In this document: piece after piece, positions 56,227 through 64,000 of the stretch
Layout of the letters: each line of letters opens with the position of its first letter
Numbering within the stretch: position 1 is the stretch's first letter
DNA from: Antedon mediterranea
Lineage: Eukaryota; Animalia; Echinodermata
NCBI RefSeq assembly: GCF_964355755.1
Contig: NC_092678.1
Location: 78,422-142,421, forward strand
DNA: 64,000 bases
Reading direction: 5' to 3'
Program-made: the position numbers and the translations under genes
The notes under the pieces: model-generated
What the model was told of the DNA's origin: nothing
Seen by the model: the letters and a program-made list of their open reading frames with translations, nothing else
Databases searched by the model: none

Positions 56227-58979
56227 TTATTGTTGTTGTTCTACCACCGGTGTGTCTTGTAATGTTACAACTTCCACAGCTTGTGAAGCAACAGGCACAT
56301 TAGGATTGCTATGTTGTTGTTGTTGTTGTTGTTGTTGATGATGATGAGCAGTTTGTTCTGCTTGTACTGTCAGTGTATTAACTTCACTTGCTGCTATTGT
56401 TTGTATAGTTTGTTGGTGTTGTTGGTGTATCTGCATTTGTTCGTTGATAGTTGACACTGGGTATATTGATGCAGGGATCACAATACCTACACAAAAACAT
56501 AATTACCATTAATGTCAAATCAGTTATCCGTCGTGAACTACTTAGAAGTGTTTCTACTAGTTATGGTAGCATTCAAATATTTTGAATGATGAACTCACTT
56601 TGTGCTGGGCCAGCAGAAAGCATAAGCTGGCCTCCATCTGACAGTGTAGCCTCAGTGAGCGTTGCTACTGTGTGACCACCATCACTGTTCATCTGTACCG
56701 ATACAGGTGTACCATTTTGTGTAGCAGCGGCTACTTCAGCAAGAGTTTGAACTGCTTGTGTAGCCTCAGCTTGTTGGCTTACTCCCATGCTTGTATGTGT
56801 TTGAAGTGGAGCTTGTTGTATTAATACTTGTTGTACATGTTGTAAGTGTCCAAGTTGCTGCACTTGGCTTAGTTGCTGTACATGCTGGATCTGTTGCACT
56901 TGCTGTAAAATACGTTTATTTTAGTTTAACAACAAATTGTACTACACATTTACATACATTAATAATAAAGTAACTGATTTCCAAATGATCAAATTTATCA
57001 AGCATTTAATGATTTGAATGGCAATATTATCAGGTTAAAACAAAAATAATGTATGCTACATTAACAAATTAGTACAAAATACAGTAGAATTATTTGCTTT
57101 TTTTTGTAAAGTAAAACTAACCGAGACATCCGTAAGAGTAGCTACTGTGTTTCCTGTATCAACTTGTATAAGTGAAAGTGTTCCATCAGCGTTATTAATA
57201 GTTTGTACAACAGTATGTGATGGTATGAGTTGATGGTGGTGGTGGTGATGCTGTTGATCAGTTTCTTGAAAATCTGGCAACAAATCTTCACGGCCATGAT
57301 GTTTGTAACAGTTTTTGACAATTGTACGCAGTGCATGAGTCCAAGTCACCTGTATCCAAAAATAAATACAGTTAATAATAATCTTGAAAATTATCTCTTT
57401 CAATTTAAATTGACATTTTAAAATTTGAGTTTTAACAAGACTTATTAGAAGTAAAAGTTAGTACCTTTTGTTTTTCTTCCTCGCATCGGACATCACTTCT
57501 TACATTAGCCCAAGGTAAATCTGACGGCCACCAAACAGGTTTACATGTCTCCTTTCCCCAACCAGGTTTGCCCCTTCCAGTTGAATACTTGAGCATCAGA
57601 GGTATAAATCCCCTAAGCTGGGCTTGTGTCATTTTGTCCACAGGTGTGGGGATACCATCAATGACTAGTGGTGGTAGTTCATGTAAGTTTGTATTTTCTG
57701 GAGGTGGAGCTGGAGCCTGTTGAGCTAAAGCACCTTCCAAATCTTGCATAATCACTGTCCGACAATTACGAATCTGAAAAATAAACAATTTGATGTTTAA
57801 TTTTTTGAAGCAGAAGTATATTATTTATTTTAATTCTTTATTTTTTTGTAAAATGTTTTATTTAAAAGAAGAAGAAATAAATGTTACTTGAAATGAAATT
57901 CAACTTTTTAAAAATTGTGTTCATGATCAAGAAAATGTTGTCAATATTATGTTTTATGACTTTTGAAATATTAATTTCACTTACAACACCTTCCAACGGA
58001 CACGAACCAGACACTTTGAAAGTCTTTTCTCCTTTACCAGGAACGCAACAGATTATTACAGCCTGTTGTCCCACTCTTGTTGTGTATTCATCTATTGTAG
58101 CTCGCAGTTTTCTAAAGAAAACAAAACATAATTTAATAATATTGTTATGTTACAAGTTTCGTTCTGTAAAATGAATTATCTGTATTCAAACTATATTTAG
58201 TTTAATTCAAAAGTGTAATTACCTCAGTAGTCTAGTTTGCTGTCTACGTCGAACTGAAGGGTTTGTTTCAAAAGAGTGAGGGCGCTTCCTTTTCTTCCCT
58301 GTTGCTATGGCAGCAGCAGCTGCTACACCTATAGGACCTGTAAATCAATTAAAGAAAATATTTTATTTTGCAATGTCTTGTGAATACTTTATTATTTTTT
58401 TCTAATAATTGTTATTTTTAATTATTTAGATTATTTTATTATTCAGGCAGATTTCAAATAAAACGCATCAGAGCAAAATCGTAGATTGAAGCTCCATGGT
58501 ATGCTACACGCAAGTCAGCCTCAAATGTAATATACTCATCACATGCAAACTAAATGTTTATAGTCCAGTCAATCTACCGATAGACCCAAAACAAATTGCA
58601 AGTCAGCCTCAAATGTAATATACTCATCACATGCAAACTAAATGTTTTTAGTCCAGTCAATCTACCGATAGACCCAAAACAAATTGCAAGTCAGCCTCAA
58701 ATGTAATATACTCATCACATGCAAACTAAATGTTTATAGTCCAGTCAATCTACCGATAGACCCAAAACAAATTGCAAGTCAGCCTCAAATGTAATATACT
58801 CATCACATGCAAACTAATTAATGTTTAGCTAATTTCTAGAATGAAAGTTAGTCCCACGACTGTATACCTGCATGTGCCAACTGTGATGTCACTTCATCCG
58901 TCATACCAGCGATCAACTCTGGATCATCAAAAGCTGTTTCAGGCGACGATGGCTCACTCATATCATCGTTCAACATCAT
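56227..58979 (-). CDS. NRF1: Nuclear respiratory factor 1 (P3A2/erect wing family), about 7 coding exons
   Basis: MMLNDDMSEPSSPE.., GKKRKRPHSFETNPSVRRRQQTRLLRKL, LPPLVIDGIPTPVDKMTQAQLR, WWPSDLPWANVRSD, Q-rich tail with AVQTLAEVA. Confidence 0.96.
58510..58817. repeat. About 88-bp repeat, about 3.5 copies, in an NRF1 intron
   Basis: gcaagtcagcctcaaatgtaatatactcatcacatgcaaactaa... repeated; no splice site in the unit. Confidence 0.9.
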
Positions 58980-61715
58980 CTTGTAAATTTATCTAAACTA
59001 GAACATTAAACAAAATCAATAAATTGTGAAGAATGCTTAAACCAAACAAATATGTCATTGTCCAGTTTCCTGTTTCATACCTTTAAGTGGCAACATTCGT
59101 TGCTGTTGGTCTTGATGAAATAAAAAAAAAATTGTAAAAAATTTGAAAGACGATATTTGATTATTAATATTCTACTGTATATTACATCATGTCATACTGT
59201 AAGTAAGTACTTATTATCAATCAATAAGCCAAGGTCATGAAGAAATAATATTTAGAATAAAGTTAAATAGTGTTTAGATTTCAAATAAAGGCTAGTCAAG
59301 ACTTAAATTTATTATAATACTGTAATTAATAATAATAATATATAAATAATAATTAATATATATCAGTGTTTCAGGGGAAAATTTCATTTTTAAATTTTGT
59401 TTAGCAATATTGCTAATCAAACTGATTTTTGAGTCGAGAAACATAGTTTTGTATTGTATTGTATTTTTTGCTACACAAATTTAAAAATCTGTAGCAAAAA
59501 GGTTGTTTTGTATAGCTTTTTGCTATGCTACACTGGCAAAATTATTCCCTGGTGTTTATATTAATTATTATGTAATGTGGTATTCTACTAACAATCAATG
59601 TATATTTTGTATTACAGTAGTAGTACATACCCCTTCAATCTGATACCTTGTTATGTTTAGGTTTCTAAAAATTTAGGGTTGAAAATTGAAATCTATGGGG
59701 CCAATCAGACTCTCACGGCCTCTGGCCGGCTGGCTGTGTAGAAGCCACCAAGGAGGGGACACGAGGCCTCTAGTCTTGTTGATAGATGGGATTTTCGCTA
59801 CAACCATTAGATAGGCCTAGCCTATATCTAGGCCTATAGTCTTTGTTGTGGAAACGTGTGGGCACTTTGTGTTTGACAAAATGTTGTAACAAAAACAAAC
59901 ATTTGTTTTCACTGTATGCACAGGCATATTATGACTTGAATAGGTTAACATGTTTCCACAACAGTTATACTATCGGATATGGGCATAAGAGTACTAAAAC
60001 AAGCAATAGTTAGCGCAGAATATCTGCTTTTGTTCTGCATGCGACTGCGCAAAAAATGCTTCCATCACGCAGACTCCGCTAGCTATCGAAGTCGCTTGGG
60101 TTGATCCGAGCTTACACCGTGCGGGAATGGCGAAAGCCTTCTTTGAAATGTGTTTTACTCGCAGTTTAAAGGATTTTTATCATAACATTCACTCGATAAA
60201 TGTGCTTTATATCTTTTGGAAGACATTAGTTTCATTTTAAAAATCATCTGGACACGAAAAACGGATAAAAATGAAGTTGGAATAATTTTTAAAATTGTGG
60301 TTTTTTTTCTTCCAAAATGTCGGACGAATGCGACTGCGCGGTGGATATCGACGTCATGTTTTGATAAATTGCATTTGATTAACTAAAAAATACAACGATT
60401 TCCATATTTTAATATATTTCAATCTATCAACCTTATTCACAATGAATTATCTAACATTCATATAGAATCGGAAATATTTTATTTGGATAACCAGTATTAC
60501 AGCAAAGTTGAATAAAATATACAGTACATAGATACAAAAATACGAAAACCTTACTGAGTCTGCGCAAATAAAAAAATATTAATTCTCCTAAAAATATTGT
60601 TATTTTTACTAGATTTGGAACCGATAAAAGATAACATTTTACGAAAGTGCAAAATCATGATTAAATTAACTTACAACAAAATATGTAGAAGTGTAATAAA
60701 TGTATCTGCGAAGAAATTCAATGATATAAAACCCTTACCCTTTTCGTAAAGGGCTGCGCGAAATAGTCGAAAACACAACGGTTCTGAGCAACAGCAAGCC
60801 TGGTTCGTCGATGCACAAAAAGCGCGGAATGGGCTTGGCACGCTTCCCAAAAAAATCATGGTGAACAAACTAATGAGGGCGTACATATAGCAAAGGCGTA
60901 CAAAATAAAAACAATGGAAAAGTAAATAACAAGGAGGAGACTAGCCCTGTATATTACTCATTTTTAATTGAATTTAATTGATAATACTGACTGTACAGTA
61001 TTGTAGCACTCGATGTTCCCACTCAATGTAATTGGAAAAAAAACATGTCTCATCAACTTATTAAAAAAAAAATTATCATGTCTCTGATGCTTTTGAATTT
61101 AAGAAATGACACACAATTCAGGCTTAGTAGTTTTTTTAATTTATTTAAAATTTAATTGCACAGCAAATCCAAATAAGAAAACATAGTAATAATATTTATG
61201 AAAAGGTAAAAATATTGTTATCGTTAGCAACACACATATGAAAAGAAATATTGGTACTGTATACTCAGTATTTGCAAAATAAAATTTCTTATTTCAGCTT
61301 CTTTAAAAGGGCCATGCGAATAGAAAAAAAAAATTGGTAAAAAAACTGTTCTGTTTGGTTTTATGCATAGTATTTTTCAATAGTTCAGTGGTTTTATCTA
61401 AGCAAGTTCAAAGAAATTGAGTTTTGGTAAAAGTTCAATGATACCGACAACAAGGGGGAAAAACTGTCAGCGACCGAGCTAGCCTTATTGCCAGTGACCT
61501 AGGTGGTCTTATTGTCACGTCAGCGACCTAGCTGGTCTTATTGTACGTTCTATAATGACCTGAAGATTAGCACCGCGGCCTACGACCTCCTGCTCCTTCA
61601 CATCTTGACTTAATTGTTGTTGGAAGTTCCTTTTAAAAAGACATTCCTGCATGCTGATAATTTTGGCATAAAATTCATAGCAGTTTAGCACATCATTTGT
61701 TGTTCTTGAAACGCT

Positions 61716-62109
61716 TTACTTTTTTTTCTTCTTTTTCTTTCCTTTTCCTTTTTTTTTCTTTGGTGCATCTGGCCATGCAAAACCCCGAAATGCTAGAAAT
61801 TCAACTGGACCATGTGCTATGTAATATGCATTAGTCATTGCAGCAGGACTCATTAAATCTATGGGTTTAGCTGCTGCAGGTCTTGGTGAGGCAGATTTGG
61901 ATTTTTTCTTTCCCTTTTTACTTGGACTTCGACTTCTGCTTCTTCCTCTTGGTCGAGCTTTTGCACTTTTACTATATCCTTTCTTACCAACCTATAAAAC
62001 AAGAACAATGTCAAAATAAAAAGAACTTAAATATGACGTCTGTATGTAGACAGAAAGCAGGTCGTATTATTAAATAATGGATAAATTGAAACTTTAATAA
62101 TCTTACCAT
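61716..62109 (-). CDS. SMKR1: Small lysine-rich protein 1, 92 aa: ATG at 62109-62107 spliced to exon 61991-61716
   Basis: M|VGKKGYSKSAKARPRGRSRSRSPSKKGKKKSKSASPRPAAAKPIDLMSPAAMTNAYYIAHGPVEFLAFRGFAWPDAPKKKKG...; the core matches recalled SMKR1 DILSPAAMLNLYYIAH..LRGF.WP.APK. Confidence 0.88.
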
Positions 62110-62760
62110 ATTTTATATCTGGGAAACTGAGTTACATAGTATTACTATTAGTAGTAATCCAGATATGACGGACTCTTCTTTTTAGGGCAGGAACAGGGTT
62201 ATAATATTATCTTGATTTCTATAAATACTGTATAAAGTTAAACATAATTGAAATAAAATTGATTCTTGAATTAAAAAAATGTCAATGTCAACAATGACCA
62301 TACAAAAGCAAAAAAAGGCTATAATAGTATAAAGAACATAAAAATGTATAGGCCTAGGCCTAGTAGTGTGTAGGGCAACATTTAATTTTTAAACAAGATT
62401 CATATTTAAAAAGTTTCTGTTTTTACCCCTAGGCCTATATCTATATCATTATATGGGACCTCCCACATTAGCCGCCACGCTGTGAACGGGGGAGAGAGTC
62501 TGTTATCTCCCCCAGGCAGGCCAGCAGCAGACAGTTGTGCCTTCCTCATTTGATGAGCTAGCTAGCTAGCCTACGAATGCTTGCTGTATGTAGAAGAATG
62601 ATATATACATTAGTTAGGCCTAAACCCGAATTTAGAGAACTTGCATTACTTACCGCATTGTTTTAGAATTTTAAAGTAAAAAACAAAATGTTTTTCTTCT
62701 CACATCGTGCTGTGTGCATGTGAAGCAGCCAGGCAGATCAAAAAGTGTTTAGTTGTTTAC

Positions 62761-62774
62761 ATTGCCATGGGAAC
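62761..62774. promoter_or_regulatory. RFX X-box-like site upstream of SMKR1
   Basis: ATTGCCATGGGAAC about 100 bp upstream of a strong donor at 62653. Confidence 0.5.
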
Positions 62775-63093
62775 GAAGGTCATGCAAAGTTTAGGGGCAC
62801 AACAACAAAAGGCATTGTTTTCATCCACTTTGGAACAACAACCAACCAAGACAATCAAGCCTTTGAACCCAAACCACTACCATTTACTCACATAAATTGC
62901 ATAAAGGTGTATAAATATAAATAAACCATCTTTTTGTAAAGATTGTTTTGTTTTTCAGACTGCTAAGCCTGTATAATCGACAAATTTACAATTCATATTT
63001 CACTGCTGTACTGTACAGGTCTTTATTAATTAGCTTACAAAATACAAACTATTATTAGATATTTGTATATTTAAAGCAAAGAGTATGATTGCT

Positions 63094-63170
63094 ACATACC
63101 CACATATATTGATACATACCCACATATATTGATACATACCCACATATATTGATACATACCCACATATATT
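63094..63170. repeat. 20-bp repeat, 4 copies
   Basis: tacatacccacatatattga. Confidence 0.9.
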
Positions 63171-63687
63171 CTCCGACAGAGAACCGAGTGAGAATCACTA
63201 CTGGGAATTAGAGGCGGTTTTTAGGAATAGATAATTATTGCCCATAAAAGTATTTGTTGGCTTTTACTCTTCCAATCTATTCTTAATGAAGTGTTGACAG
63301 CGTAATGAATTTGTTTACTTTATATCATCAATCGAGGCTGTATACATGCCATGGCAGCTGGGTTAAGCCGGTCAACAAACATAAAGTGTATGCTGATTGT
63401 TTTAAACCACTAAGCATGAGCTCTGATTTGCTACAATACCATGGTCTCTTACACATTAATAGTTATGTGAAGAACAGAAAACAGTCTGTTCACATAATAA
63501 ATTATAATATATACATTAAAAATATAACTTATTCAATTAACTGTACAAAGTAATCTATGTTTGTCTGACAATTTAATCTTTTATAAATAAATTAAGCTCA
63601 TTCATCACACAGGAGGCAACACTTCTATGAGAACACTTTTTACAAATAACAAACCTAGGTCCATGACGTTCAAACTAAGGTAACATC

Positions 63688-63953
63688 TCAAACATAAATT
63701 TTATCTTTGAGTAGAAGATCCCAATTTATCTGTGATGTGAACACTTCTCTATCTAACCAAATTTCATAAAATCGCTTAAACTCTTCACTTAAATCCATTT
63801 CTTGTCCAAGAACACTTTGTATATTGTTATCAACTGGTTGTAAGTCAGGATCTTTACCAGAATCGGTATCATACCGACGCGAGTTAAAGCGATCAACACA
63901 TGTCCTGAGAGCGCACTCTTCTGCCTGGAAATCCCACGGACGAGCATCCATAT
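63688..63953 (-). CDS. STRIP1: Terminal exon of striatin-interacting protein (STRIP1/2, FAM40)
   Basis: DMDARPWDFQAEECALR..VDRFNSRRY...PVDNNIQSVLG...F...YEIWLDREVF...INWD. Confidence 0.9.
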
Positions 63954-64000
63954 CTATACAAATATAACAACAAATAATATTAGTAACAATTCTTGTATCC

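Noticed and set aside
62110-62658. Spliced upstream ORF (about 38 aa) in the SMKR1 leader
   Set aside because: Depends on which of three possible acceptors is used; cannot be resolved from sequence.

Overview
AT-rich, gene-dense, intron-containing animal genomic DNA. It is probably an invertebrate deuterostome: the NRF1 N-terminus resembles echinoderm P3A2 and Deu-type SINEs are present, but the taxon is inference. I reconstructed eleven spliced genes by hand: EEA1 (-, runs off the left edge), a myristoylated double-C2 protein (+), RUVBL1 (-), CCDC146 (+), GSAP (-), TRMT10C (-), CRBN (-), a DnaJB9-like gene (+), NRF1 (-), SMKR1 (-, missed by the ORF track) and the last exon of STRIP (-). Most long ORFs in the track are tandem-repeat artefacts. 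Main observations: (1) most intronic minisatellites are amplified exon/intron junctions, so these genes carry stacks of roughly 2-21 decoy splice donors, acceptors or branch points; (2) first introns of nearly all genes carry TA-xxx-TA palindromic scrambles (TAGGCCTA, TAGCCTA), which look like piled-up excision footprints of TA-targeting DNA transposons, and single footprints are visible inside repeat arrays; (3) EEA1 has a frame-required 5/8-nt micro-exon, a duplicated zinc-finger exon and a duplicated whole intron; (4) CCDC146-GSAP and STRIP-SMKR1-NRF1 match the human gene order as I recall it. Exon coordinates were read by eye and may be off by a few bases.
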